Assembly (NCBI GenBank): GCA_964616855.1
Contig: CAZTUJ010000001.1
Coordinates: 384,301-448,300 of the forward strand
Reading direction: 5' to 3'
Source of the DNA: an uncultured Gammaproteobacteria bacterium
GTDB lineage: Bacteria > Patescibacteriota > Patescibacteriia > Patescibacteriales > UBA12465
Length of the DNA: 64,000 nt
Shown: piece by piece, positions 1 through 9,400 of the stretch
Layout: each line of letters begins with the position of its first letter
How positions within the stretch are numbered: the stretch's first letter is position 1
Notes under the pieces: model-generated
The model's input: the letters and a program-made list of their open reading frames with translations, nothing else
Told to the model about the DNA's origin: nothing
Database searches by the model: none
Position numbers and translations under genes: made by a program

Positions 1-461
1 AGGCCTTGGGCCCGGATTTTCGCCTTAAAATTTTCGGCGATGGCTTAGATTTGCCGCGCTTGCGCCAGTTGGCGGGAGAGGCTAGTAATATTGAGTTTTT
101 AGGAAGAGTGAGCGAAGAACAAAAGGCTGGGTTATACGCTCATGCTTTGGCCTTTATTAATCCTCAGGAAGAAGATTTTGGTATTACGGCGGTGGAAGCG
201 ATGGCGGCTGGCCGGCCGGTTTTAGCCTATCGTCGCGGTGGCGCCACCGAAACTGTTATTGAAGGGGAGACGGGCCTTTTCTTTAAAGAGCAGACAGCCG
301 CCGCTATTATGGATTTAGTTCGACGTTTTCTTAGTGATTTAGATACTGGCAGTCAGGTTTGGGATAGCGTTGTTATTAGGCGCCACGCTGAACAGTATTC
401 GGTGAAGAATTTTAAGAAGCAGATTGTTGAGTTTATCCACGGTCAAGGTTTAGAAATTTAA
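1..461 (+). CDS. Glycosyltransferase family 1 (GT-B, GT4-like), C-terminal fragment; 5' end outside window
   Basis: The ORF is open to the window edge. It carries EDFGITAVEAMAAGRPV, typical of the GT1 C-terminal nucleotide-sugar binding region. Confidence 0.8.
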   Translation, partial: ALGPDFRLKIFGDGLDLPRLRQLAGEASNIEFLGRVSEEQKAGLYAHALAFINPQEEDFGITAVEAMAAGRPVLAYRRGGATETVIEGETGLFFKEQTAAAIMDLVRRFLSDLDTGSQVWDSVVIRRHAEQYSVKNFKKQIVEFIHGQGLEI

Positions 462-469
462 TTTAAACT

Positions 470-1612
470 ATGAAGATTGGGGTCGACATTAGAGTCTTGA
501 TGGATAAGCAATATAGTGGTGTTTCTGAATATAGCTCTGTGCTTTTGCGCGAGCTTTTACGGATTGATAGCGATAATGAATATCGTTTATTCTATAATTC
601 TTTTCGTGATGTTAGCGCCCGTATTGGTAGTTTCAGTAACTCCAATTTAAGCATCAAGAAAAGTTCTTACCCTAATCGTCTTTTTAATTATTGTCTGCAG
701 AAAGGTTTTGCCTGGCCCAAATTAGATCGTTTGATTGGTGGCGCAGATATTTTTTGGTCTCCTCATATTAATTTTACCAGGCTGTCTCCGGAGACTAAGC
801 ACGTTCTTACTATCCACGACATTTCTTTTTTACATTATCCAGAATTTTTTAGTTATCGAAAAAACTTTTGGCACCGGGCTTTAGCTTTAAAAAAATTAAC
901 CTCCCAATGTACGGCGATTGTGGCTGTTTCTGAAAATACCCGACGCGATATTATTGATTTACTCAATGTCCCTGAAGAAAAAGTACATACGATTTATTCT
1001 GGCCTTAACCTCGGGGTGCCGATGCCCGGTCCAGAAGAAGAGCGTAATTTTTTTCGCCGTCATGAATTGAAAAAACGCTATATTCTCTATTTAGGGACAA
1101 TTGAACCACGCAAGAATATTGCCGGTTTGATTTATGCCTATAATCGTCTGCGTGATGATAATGTTACTCTAGTGGATTTACAGCTGGTTTTGGCTGGGGC
1201 TAATGGCTGGCGTAATCGCGGTATTTATCGCGCTTGGGAAGAATCGCCTTATCGTCGCGATATTAAATTTTTGGGATATGTTTCTCCTCGGGAAAAAGAA
1301 TTACTTTATCGTCGCGCCGAAACTTTTATCTATCCTTCTTATTACGAAGGTTTCGGTTTGCCGCCCTTAGAGGCGATGTCTCGTGATTTGCCGGTGATTA
1401 CCAGTAATGTCTCGAGCTTACCTGAGGTGGTGGGCTCGGCTGCTTTGGCGGTTAATCCTCATGATATTAATGAAATTGCTAAAGCCTTGGAGTTGGTTTC
1501 CACTGATACCGATTTGCGGGAGAAGTTAATTAAGGCCGGTCGGGAGCAAATCAGGCTTTTCTCTTGGGAGAAGACGGCTAAGCAATATTTAGAATTATTT
1601 AAGAGTCTATAA
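470..1612 (+). CDS. Glycosyltransferase family 1 (GT4-like)
   Basis: 380 aa with [12 protein letters not shown] and LPEV motifs. It starts 9 nt after the preceding GT gene. Confidence 0.85.
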   Translation: MKIGVDIRVLMDKQYSGVSEYSSVLLRELLRIDSDNEYRLFYNSFRDVSARIGSFSNSNLSIKKSSYPNRLFNYCLQKGFAWPKLDRLIGGADIFWSPHINFTRLSPETKHVLTIHDISFLHYPEFFSYRKNFWHRALALKKLTSQCTAIVAVSENTRRDIIDLLNVPEEKVHTIYSGLNLGVPMPGPEEERNFFRRHELKKRYILYLGTIEPRKNIAGLIYAYNRLRDDNVTLVDLQLVLAGANGWRNRGIYRAWEESPYRRDIKFLGYVSPREKELLYRRAETFIYPSYYEGFGLPPLEAMSRDLPVITSNVSSLPEVVGSAALAVNPHDINEIAKALELVSTDTDLREKLIKAGREQIRLFSWEKTAKQYLELFKSL

Positions 1613-1613
1613 T

Positions 1614-2051
1614 ATGCGGGCAATTGTGCAAAGAGTAAAGGAGACGGCCGTCAGCGTTGAGGGTCAAGAAATCAGCCGGATTAAGGCCGGTTTTTTGATT
1701 TTACTCGCGGTCAAAGTTGGTGATACTGAAATTCAGGCCAAAAAAATGGCGGAAAAAATCGCGAAACTGCGGATTATTGAAGACGGAGAGGGAAAGTTAA
1801 ATTTATCCCTGATCGATAAGCAAGAGGCGGTGCTTTTAGTCTCGCAGTTTACTTTATATGGTGATTGCAGTCAGGGCAACCGTCCCAGTTTCATTGTTTC
1901 CGCGCGCCCAGAGCAAGCCCAGCCTTTATTTGATTTAGTGGTCTCGGAAATTAGAAATCTCGGTTTAGAAGCGGCCACTGGTTCCTTCGGCGCCTATATG
2001 CAGGTTAGCTTAGTTAATGATGGTCCGACTACTCTTATTTTAGAAGTTTAA
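1614..2051 (+). CDS. dtd: D-aminoacyl-tRNA deacylase
   Basis: 145 aa. N-terminal MRAIVQRV and the SQFTLYGD and NDGPTT motifs are characteristic of Dtd. Confidence 0.9.
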   Translation: MRAIVQRVKETAVSVEGQEISRIKAGFLILLAVKVGDTEIQAKKMAEKIAKLRIIEDGEGKLNLSLIDKQEAVLLVSQFTLYGDCSQGNRPSFIVSARPEQAQPLFDLVVSEIRNLGLEAATGSFGAYMQVSLVNDGPTTLILEV

Positions 2052-2055
2052 AATC

Positions 2056-3141
2056 ATGTTGAAAAAGAAGAAATTAAAAATTTTAGTAGCGATGTCGGGC
2101 GGAGTTGATTCTTCCGTGGCTGCGCAATTACTCAAGAATCAGGGACATGAAGTCGCTGGTGTTTTTTTGCATTTTTGGAAAGATGAAAAAGCCCCGGAGA
2201 AGACCGAAAATAAATGTTGTTCCCTAGAATCATTTTTAGACGCCAAAGCAGTGGCTAGTCAAATTGGCATTCCTTTATTTTCTTTTAATTTTGCTCAGGA
2301 ATTTAAAACAGCGGTAGTTGATTATTTTTTAGCCGAATATGCGGCCGGGCGCACCCCTAATCCTTGTGTTGTTTGTAATAAGCAGATTAAGCTTGGTTTG
2401 CTTTTAAAGCACGCGCGGGCTTTAGGATATGATGGTGTGGCTAGCGGACATTATTTAAAAAGATTAGATAAGGATGGCGAGGCTAGAGTTTTCCGGGCCA
2501 AAGACGCTAACAAAGATCAATCCTATTTTCTCTATACCTTTACTCAGCAAGAACTGAAACATCTATATTTTCCTTTAGGCAATTATTTAAAGCCCCAAGT
2601 GCGAGTCTTAGCAGCTAAATATGGCTTACCGACAGCTTCGAAAAGTGAGAGTCAGGACATTTGCTTTCTTTCTGGGGCGCATAATAATTTTTTAAAGCGG
2701 CATTTGCAGTTAAAACCCGGACCAATTAAGCGGAAAGAAGATGGTCAAGTTATTGGCGAACATCAGGGTTTAGCTTTATATACCGTTGGGCAGAGAAGAG
2801 GTATTGAAATTGGCGGCACCGGTCCTTACTACGCGGCAGAAATGGACTATGATAATAATATTTTATGGGTAGTGCGGACTTGGGATGACAAGATTCTCTA
2901 TCGTTCGGACTTTAGCGTTAGTATTGCCACTTGGTTAGACAAGAAAGTGCCGTCTCTGCCTTTATCCTGTCAGGTTGTTATTCGTTACGGACATGCGCCT
3001 TTAGCTTGTCGCTTAGAGAAAGGTAGAAGAAAAGGAGAACTAAAAATATTTTTAAAAAAAGCGACTAGAGCAATTACTCCCGGTCAGAGTGCTGTTTTTT
3101 ATCAGGGTCGTCGGGTCTTGGGCGGAGGAATTATTGATTAA
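2056..3141 (+). CDS. mnmA: tRNA 2-thiouridine(34) synthase MnmA
   Basis: 361 aa. It has the PP-loop SGGVDSS, plus DQSYFL and CN-containing motifs typical of MnmA/TrmU. Confidence 0.9.
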   Translation: MLKKKKLKILVAMSGGVDSSVAAQLLKNQGHEVAGVFLHFWKDEKAPEKTENKCCSLESFLDAKAVASQIGIPLFSFNFAQEFKTAVVDYFLAEYAAGRTPNPCVVCNKQIKLGLLLKHARALGYDGVASGHYLKRLDKDGEARVFRAKDANKDQSYFLYTFTQQELKHLYFPLGNYLKPQVRVLAAKYGLPTASKSESQDICFLSGAHNNFLKRHLQLKPGPIKRKEDGQVIGEHQGLALYTVGQRRGIEIGGTGPYYAAEMDYDNNILWVVRTWDDKILYRSDFSVSIATWLDKKVPSLPLSCQVVIRYGHAPLACRLEKGRRKGELKIFLKKATRAITPGQSAVFYQGRRVLGGGIID

Positions 3142-3170
3142 TTTTTTACTTATTTTTTCCTTATAAGGAA

Positions 3171-3192
3171 AGGAGCTTCGGCTCTTTTTTCT
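3171..3192 (+). terminator. Intrinsic terminator after mnmA
   Basis: GAGC-UUCG-GCUC hairpin followed by a T-run. Confidence 0.55.
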
Positions 3193-3207
3193 TTTCTATT
3201 TTGCTTG

Positions 3208-3216
3208 TGCTATAAT
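3208..3216 (+). promoter_or_regulatory. Extended -10 promoter element (TGcTATAAT)
   Basis: TGCTATAAT lies about 30 nt upstream of the 3246 start. There is no good -35. Confidence 0.45.
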
Positions 3217-3245
3217 CATTCTTATTCATTATTTTTTTTATCACT

Positions 3246-3599
3246 ATGTCCAAACTGAACGAAGTTTTTAACCGTCTGCAAGAACAGCAGAAAAAACAGC
3301 GCGAATTAAAAAAGATGTACCGTGAAGCCTTGGCGGTTAATGGTAACTATCATGAAGTGATAGAGGAATTAGAAGCTTTAAAGATTAAGAAAAAGCAGAT
3401 TGAAGCTTCAGTTAAAGCCGATTTAAAAGAAGAATTTGATAAATTAGAAGGTTTGAAACTTAATATTGCCGGTGATAAGCAGATGCTCAGCGATATTGCC
3501 TTAACGCAGTTGACCAAAGGTGAGCCGGTAAAGGTAACTGATGAAAATCAAGTGGAATACGAACCTCTGTTTAGTGTCCGTTTCCAAAAGGTTAAATAA
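3246..3599 (+). CDS. Hypothetical coiled-coil protein
   Basis: 117-aa K/E-rich ORF with heptad-like composition. It is flanked by its own promoter element and terminator. No family was recognised. Confidence 0.5.
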   Translation: MSKLNEVFNRLQEQQKKQRELKKMYREALAVNGNYHEVIEELEALKIKKKQIEASVKADLKEEFDKLEGLKLNIAGDKQMLSDIALTQLTKGEPVKVTDENQVEYEPLFSVRFQKVK

Positions 3600-3612
3600 C
3601 TCGAAGATCAAC

Positions 3613-3638
3613 AAAAAAGACCCTAAAGGGTCTTTTTA
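3613..3638. terminator. Bidirectional intrinsic terminator (A-run, hairpin, T-run)
   Basis: AAAAAAGACCC-TAAA-GGGTCTTTTT lies between the convergent 3246 ORF (+) and tRNA-Leu (-). Confidence 0.8.
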
Positions 3639-3640
3639 TG

Positions 3641-3724
3641 TGCCGCGAGAGGGAATCGAACCCTCACGGAGTCTCCCCCACACGAGTTTGAGTCGTGCGC
3701 GTCTACCAGTTCCGCCACCGCGGC
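3641..3724 (-). tRNA. tRNA-Leu (anticodon CAA), class II with long variable arm; CCA not encoded
   Basis: The reverse complement folds by hand into a cloverleaf. The acceptor is GCCGCGG/TCGCGGC and the D-arm is GGCGGAACTGGTAGACGC. The anticodon stem CACGA/TCGTG carries the loop CTCAAAC. There is a long variable arm and a T-arm GAGGG-TTCGATT-CCCTC. Confidence 0.9.
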
Positions 3725-3745
3725 TCTCGGAGTTTTACGAATTCT

Positions 3746-3774
3746 AGTATAATAAATAAAAATTTAATTGTCAA
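3746..3774 (-). promoter_or_regulatory. Sigma70-type promoter for tRNA-Leu
   Basis: The minus strand reads TTGACA, a 17-nt spacer, then TATACT. The -10 ends about 20 nt upstream of the tRNA 5' end. Confidence 0.7.
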
Positions 3775-3796
3775 AGCAACGGTTTTAAGATATAAT
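3768..3796 (+). promoter_or_regulatory. Sigma70-type promoter for parA
   Basis: TTGTCA, a 17-nt spacer, then TATAAT. Its -35 overlaps the -35 of the divergent tRNA-Leu promoter. Confidence 0.65.
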
Positions 3797-3853
3797 AACT
3801 TTGTCCAAGTTCTGGATTTTACTCTTTTTTTCATAAAATTGTTGTTTGCTTGT

Positions 3854-4624
3854 ATGGGAAAAATCATTGCCGTTGTCAATCAAAAAGGGGGTGTGGGTAA
3901 GACCACAACCACCGTCAATTTAGGAGCTTATCTGGCTGAAGCCGGCAAGGAGGTCTTGCTGGTTGATTTAGATCCGCAAGCTAATGCTACTTCGGGCTTA
4001 GGTATTGAGCATCAGAAATTAGAAGCCGGCGTCTATGAGGCTCTCTTAGGGCAAAAACCGCTCTATTCTGTGATTAAGCGTACCGTTCAGCCTCGCTACA
4101 GCGTAGCCCCGGCCACAGTGGCCTTAGCGGGCGCAGGAATTGAGATGGTGGCTTTAGAAAACCGGGAATTTCGCTTAGCTTTGATGTTGGAAGAATTGCG
4201 TTCCGAATATGATTATATTATCGTTGACGGCCCTCCATCTTTAGGCTTGCTTACCGTTAACAGTCTAGTAGCCGCTGATGAAGTCTTAATTCCCATCCAA
4301 AGTGAATATTATGCCTTAGAAGGCCTGGGACAATTATTAGAAACAGTACAGCTAGTACGAGATAATCTCAAACCGTCTTTAAATATCATGGGCGCGGTGG
4401 TGACAATGTTTGACCGCCGCAATAAACTATCCGGGGCTGTTTTAGAAGAATTGAAGAAATTTTTTCCGGGTAAAATTTTTGATTCGGTCATTCCTAGAAG
4501 TGTAAAATTAGCGGAGGCTCCTAGTTATGGTCGCAGTATTCTCCATTATGATCCTAAGTCTAATGGGGCTAAGGCTTATGAAAGTTTAGCTCAAGAGGTG
4601 ATAGCTCTAGAAAAGGGTGTTTAG
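3854..4624 (+). CDS. parA: Chromosome partitioning ATPase ParA/Soj
   Basis: It has the deviant Walker A motif KGGVGKTT. I chose the ATG at 3854 (MGKIIAVVNQKGG) because the track's 3695 start would overlap tRNA-Leu and the promoters. Confidence 0.9.
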   Translation: MGKIIAVVNQKGGVGKTTTTVNLGAYLAEAGKEVLLVDLDPQANATSGLGIEHQKLEAGVYEALLGQKPLYSVIKRTVQPRYSVAPATVALAGAGIEMVALENREFRLALMLEELRSEYDYIIVDGPPSLGLLTVNSLVAADEVLIPIQSEYYALEGLGQLLETVQLVRDNLKPSLNIMGAVVTMFDRRNKLSGAVLEELKKFFPGKIFDSVIPRSVKLAEAPSYGRSILHYDPKSNGAKAYESLAQEVIALEKGV

Positions 4625-4626
4625 TT

Positions 4627-5232
4627 ATGAAAGATATTCTTATTGCCACTGCTAATCGCGGTAAAGCTCGGGAAATTGAAGTTATTTTTCAAGGCTCTTC
4701 TTTTCGTCCGCATTTTTTGTATGAATACCCAGATTTACAGAAGATTAACATTCAGGAAAACGCCCAGAGTTTTGAGGGTAATGCTTTAATTAAAGCCTTG
4801 TTAATCGGTCAGGCTTCCGGCATGATTACTTTAGCCGATGATAGCGGCATCTGCGTTGAGGCTTTAGAAGGGGCGCCAGGAGTACTCTCAGCTCGTTATT
4901 CGGAAGAAAGAACGGATGCAGCTAATAATCAAAAGTTGTTATTGGCTTTAGCCGGAATACCAACAGAAAAGCGTAATTGCCATTATCATTGCAGTGTGGC
5001 GATTTATAATCCCCTTGATAATTTTGTGGCTACTACCGTTGGCGTTTGGCAGGGAAGAGTGGCGGAGAAAGAGAGTGGTGACCGCAGTTTTGGTTACGCC
5101 CCGATTTTTTTGGCTGCAGAATTTAATTACGAAAAAAGTAATGCCGAGTGCGACCCGGAAGAGTTAACCGCTATCAATCACCGGGGCAGGGCTTTCCGGG
5201 GGGCTTTAGAAATTTTGCAAGAAAAATATTAA
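4627..5232 (+). CDS. rdgB: Non-canonical purine NTP pyrophosphatase (RdgB/HAM1 family)
   Basis: 201 aa. ATANRGKAREI, DDSGICVEAL and GAPGV...SARY motifs fit the family. Confidence 0.85.
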   Translation: MKDILIATANRGKAREIEVIFQGSSFRPHFLYEYPDLQKINIQENAQSFEGNALIKALLIGQASGMITLADDSGICVEALEGAPGVLSARYSEERTDAANNQKLLLALAGIPTEKRNCHYHCSVAIYNPLDNFVATTVGVWQGRVAEKESGDRSFGYAPIFLAAEFNYEKSNAECDPEELTAINHRGRAFRGALEILQEKY

Positions 5233-5241
5233 ATTAAAAAT

Positions 5242-6117
5242 ATGGCGCAAGCTTTAGGTCGGGGCTTAGGCTCCTTGATTCCCAAAAAAACATTTACGCC
5301 CACTACCAGTGAAGAATCGGCAGTGGTCTCTCCGCTTATTCCCGACTCTGAGCGTCTTTTCCAAATATCTCCCGATGAAATTGTGATCAACCCCTATCAG
5401 CCCCGTCATAACTTCAGCGAGATTTCTTTAAAAGAATTAATGGACTCAATTAAAGAGCACGGCATCTTACAGCCTTTAGTAGTAACCCGTAAAGATGGAG
5501 CTTATGAACTTATTGCCGGTGAGCGTCGCTGGCGTAGTGCTAAGCAATTAGGCTTGAAAAAAGTACCTGTTTTAATCCGAGAAGCAAGCGAACAGAAGAA
5601 GTTGGAATTAGCTTTAATTGAAAATCTCCAGCGCCAAGATTTAGATCCAGTGGAAACTGCCCGCGCCTATAGCCGTTTGATGACGGAGTTCAATTTAACT
5701 CAAGAGGAAACTGCTCAGAAAGTGGGTAAAGCTCGTTCTAGTTTAGCTAACTCTTTACGCCTGCTTGATTTACCCTTAGAAATGCAGGAGGCTTTAAGTT
5801 CTGCCCGTATTACCGAAGCCCATGCTAAATATTTATTAGGCATTAGTAATCCCACTCAGCAGGCAATTTTATTTAAAAAGATCATTAATCAAAACCTATC
5901 AGTTTTGCAGACCCATGAGGAGACTAAACGCTTCGGTGGCACTAAAGCGGCGCGGGTAGTCGTTAATTATGCGGATCAGAGCCGGGAAGAGCAGTTACGT
6001 TCTTTTTTCGGTACTAAGGCGAAGATTATCCGTTCTGGTCGGGGTGGCCGGGTTGTCCTTGATTTCTATAGCGAAGAAGAGTTGGGTAATATTATTGACA
6101 AAATTGAAAATATTTAG
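5242..6117 (+). CDS. parB: Chromosome partitioning protein ParB/Spo0J
   Basis: The ParB box GERRWRSA is present, with an HTH region (TQEETAQKVGKARSSLANSLRLL). Confidence 0.9.
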   Translation: MAQALGRGLGSLIPKKTFTPTTSEESAVVSPLIPDSERLFQISPDEIVINPYQPRHNFSEISLKELMDSIKEHGILQPLVVTRKDGAYELIAGERRWRSAKQLGLKKVPVLIREASEQKKLELALIENLQRQDLDPVETARAYSRLMTEFNLTQEETAQKVGKARSSLANSLRLLDLPLEMQEALSSARITEAHAKYLLGISNPTQQAILFKKIINQNLSVLQTHEETKRFGGTKAARVVVNYADQSREEQLRSFFGTKAKIIRSGRGGRVVLDFYSEEELGNIIDKIENI

Positions 6118-6150
6118 TATTTTTGTTTACAGATCCTTTAATCAAATATC

Positions 6151-6309
6151 ATGGATAGTGACCTTTTAAAAGTGTTGTGCTATATCGCCCTTATTATCCT
6201 TGTTGTCCTGGCTTCCGGATTCGTTTCTGTCCTCGTCCGCATGCCCAAGGTCGGACAAGGGAAAAATATGCATCTATTGGAACCGTGCGACGACTCAAAC
6301 AATGTTTAA
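6151..6309 (+). CDS. Possible 52-aa single-pass membrane protein (below the ORF-track cut-off)
   Basis: Hand translation gives MDSDLLKVLCYIALIILVVLASGFVSVLVRMPKVGQGKNMHLLEPCDDSNNV, with one clear TM helix. A hairpin and T-run follow directly. There is no SD sequence. Confidence 0.3.
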   Translation: MDSDLLKVLCYIALIILVVLASGFVSVLVRMPKVGQGKNMHLLEPCDDSNNV

Positions 6310-6315
6310 CCCTTT

Positions 6316-6353
6316 AAAAAGAGGGGCCCCAAGCGGCCTCTTTTTGTTTTTTT
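6316..6353 (+). terminator. Intrinsic terminator (imperfect GC hairpin plus long T-run)
   Basis: AGAGGGGCCCCAAGCGGCCTCT is followed by TTTTTGTTTTTTT. Confidence 0.6.
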
Positions 6354-6380
6354 CGGCAAGATTTTGCTTCTTTGGCAAGA

Positions 6381-6409
6381 TTGCGACTTCAGGATAAAAT
6401 TGTTATAGT
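6381..6409 (+). promoter_or_regulatory. Sigma70-type promoter for dnaE
   Basis: TTGCGA, a 17-nt spacer ending in TGT, then TATAGT. It lies about 40 nt upstream of the dnaE ATG. Confidence 0.6.
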
Positions 6410-6448
6410 AGAGAGATAGAAAAATGTTAAAAATTTTCTTATTTTTGC

Positions 6449-9400
6449 ATGTTTGTTCACCTCCACAACCACACGCACTATTCCTTGCTCGACGGTCTCA
6501 CTAAGATCGATGAGTTGGTTAATCGTGCTAAAGAAGAAGGCTCAATGGCGGTGGCCATTACTGATCATGGCGTTCTTTATGGCGCCATTGAATTTTATCA
6601 AAAATGTAAGAAGGCAGGCGTGAAGCCGATTATCGGAGTGGAAGCTTATCTAGCTCCAGCTTCGCGTCATGACAAAAATACCCGGGCTGATGGCCGTAGT
6701 TATCATTTGGTTTTATTGGCGGAAAATAACACTGGCTACAAGAATTTAATTAAATTAGTATCTTTAGCTCATCTCGAAGGTTTTTATTATAAGCCCCGCA
6801 TTGATTGGGAGTTATTAACTCAGCATCATGAGGGCTTAATTGCCACTAGCGCTTGTTTAGGCGGGGAAATCTCTCAGTTAATCTTGAGCGGGGATTTAGC
6901 TAAAGCCCGAAAGCGAATTTTAGAATATAGTGAGCTTTTTGGGCAGGATCATTACTATTTAGAAATAATGGACCACCCAGAATTAGATGGCCAGGAAAAA
7001 GTTAATCAACAATTAATTGCTTTTTCTAAAGAGCTGGGTGTTCCTTTGGTGGCGACCAACGATGTTCATTATTTCCGTCCCGAAGACGCCGAGGCGCAAG
7101 ACATTCTTCTTTGTTTGCAGAATAAAAAGAAAATTGATGATACCGACCGGATGCGGATGATTGGCCACGGTGATTATTCGATGCGGCCGGCGGCAGAGAT
7201 GGAAAAAGTTTTTGCTCATGTGCCTGAGGCCATTGCCAATACCGTCAAGATTGCGGACATGTGTCACCTCGATATTCCTTTGGGTGAAATTCAGTTGCCT
7301 TTTTTTGATGTCCCCGAAGGTCATGATGGTGATTCCTATCTACGTTATTTATGTGAACGCGGTTTAGAAAAAAAGTATGGCTTGATTAAAGAGGGTAATT
7401 CCTATCGTCTTCAAGACGGCCAGAAGCTAATTATTCATAATCTTTCTGTAGAAAAAATTCAGGAGCGCCTTGATTATGAGTTAGGGGTTATTGCCAAGAT
7501 GGGCTGGCCTTCATACTTCTTAATCGTCTCTGACTTTGTTAATTGGGCTAAAGATAATAAGATTGTGGTTGGCCCTGGTCGCGGTAGTGCGGCTGGTTCT
7601 TTAGTTTGCTATCTAACCGGCATCACCAACCTCGATCCCTTATTATATGACTTGCTCTTTGAGCGTTTTTTAAATCCTGACCGTATTTCCATGCCTGATA
7701 TTGATATGGACTTTGCCGATATCCGTCGAGCAGACGTCCTCAACTATGTGGAAAAAAAGTATGGACAGGACCATGTCGCTCAGATTATCACTTTTGGAAC
7801 AATGGCAGCCCGGGCGGCTGTGCGCGACGTTGGTCGGGTGCTCGGTGCTCCTTATGATTTCTGCGATAAGATTTCCAAAAGTATCCCGCCACTAACAAGC
7901 CTAACTAAAGCTTTGGCGGAAGTGCCAGAAGTAAAAGGCCTTTATCAAAATGACCCGGAAGCTAAAAAAATTCTAGACTACGCTAAACGTCTAGAAGGAG
8001 TGGCGCGCCATTCTTCCACTCATGCCTGCGGGGTTTTAATTACCCCCAAGCCTCTAACTGAATACGTGCCTATTCAATATGCTTCTTCAGCGGATAAAAG
8101 TATTATCTCTCAATACTCTCTGCACCCGGTGGAAGATTTGGGCTTGTTGAAGATGGACTTTTTGGGTTTGAAGAACTTGACGATTATCGAATCAGCTTTA
8201 CGTATCATTAAAAAGACTAGAGGTTTAGAGATTGATATTGATAATTTACCGTTACATGATGAGGCTACTTTCCGCTTATTCCAGCAAGGGGAGACAACCG
8301 GTGTTTTTCAGTTTGAATCGTCGGGGATGAAACGTTATCTCCGCGAACTGAAGCCGACGGAATTTGAAGATATTATTGCGATGGTGGCTCTATATCGGCC
8401 CGGACCGATGGAGTGGATTCCTGATTATATTGCCGGCAAGCATCAGGAGAAAAAAGTTGTCTATCTCCATCCTAAATTAGAGCCGATTTTAGCGCGTACT
8501 TATGGTGTGGCCATTTATCAGGAACAAGTCATGCAAATTTCCCGCGCTCTAGCTGGTTTTACTCCAGGGGAGGCTGATGTTTTGCGTAAGGCCATGGGAA
8601 AAAAAATTGCCGCCTTGTTAGCTGAACAGAAGGAGAAGTTTATTGATGGTTGTGTTAAAAATGGCATTTATAAGGAGTTGGCAGAAAAAGTTTTTTCTTT
8701 TATTGAGCCTTTTGCTGGCTACGGTTTTAACCGCAGTCATGCCGCCTGCTATGCCATGATTGGCTACCAAACCGCTTATCTAAAAGCCCACTGGCCGGTA
8801 GAATTTATGGCCGCCCTTTTGACTTCCGATCAGCATGATAGTGACCGAGTAGCGATTGAAATTGAAGAATGTCGGAGTATGGGATTGAAAGTGATGCCCC
8901 CCGATATTAACGAATCCTTCGATTCCTTTACGGTCGTTACCGCCGGCACCAAAGAGAACCGGATTGCGGATGCTAATGAAAAGGTTGATACTATCCGTTT
9001 TGGTTTGAATGCTGTTAAAAATGTGGGCGAACATATTGTGGAGGTGGTGATTGAAGAAAGAAAACAGAACGGCCCTTATGCTGATGTCTTTGATCTTTTA
9101 GAAAGAGTTAATGATCGCGATTTGAATAAAAAATCTCTAGAAAGTCTGATTCGGAGCGGGGCTTTAGAAAGTTGTGGTGAGCGCGGCTTCCTTCTGGCTA
9201 ATCTGGAAAAATTTCTCCTTTTTAATAAAGAGATATCGAAACAGCAGGAAAGTCGGCAGGTTAGTCTTTTTGCTTCTGCCCCCGAATTTAGTTCTCTATC
9301 TCGTCCTCAGCTTTTAGAGGCAGACCCGGTGGCCCCGATGGATAAATTATCTTGGGAAAAAGAATTGTTAGGCCTTTATATTAGCGATAACCCCTTATCG

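Noticed and set aside
433-441. DnaA-box-like TTATCCACG near parAB and dnaE, as a hint of oriC
   Set aside because: It is a single occurrence inside a glycosyltransferase coding region. There is no cluster of boxes, no adjacent AT-rich unwinding element, and no dnaA or dnaN in the window.
3541-3853. ORF 3541-3747 and the N-terminal 53 codons of the 3695-4624 ORF
   Set aside because: Both run across tRNA-Leu (3641-3724, minus strand) and its promoter. ParA homology begins only at the ATG at 3854.
6190-6265. Possible small SRP (4.5S) RNA, because of UCCGGA and GCCCAAGG strings
   Set aside because: There is no GNAR tetraloop closed by the conserved helix-8 pairs. The 5' and 3' strands do not form the symmetric and asymmetric loops. 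The segment is better explained as coding for the TM helix of a 52-aa ORF.
5969-6397. Track ORFs 5969-6169 and 6200-6397
   Set aside because: The first is an alternative frame inside the parB 3' end. The second starts at a non-ATG codon and runs through the terminator hairpin and the dnaE promoter. The ATG ORF at 6151-6309 in a different frame is the more gene-like reading.
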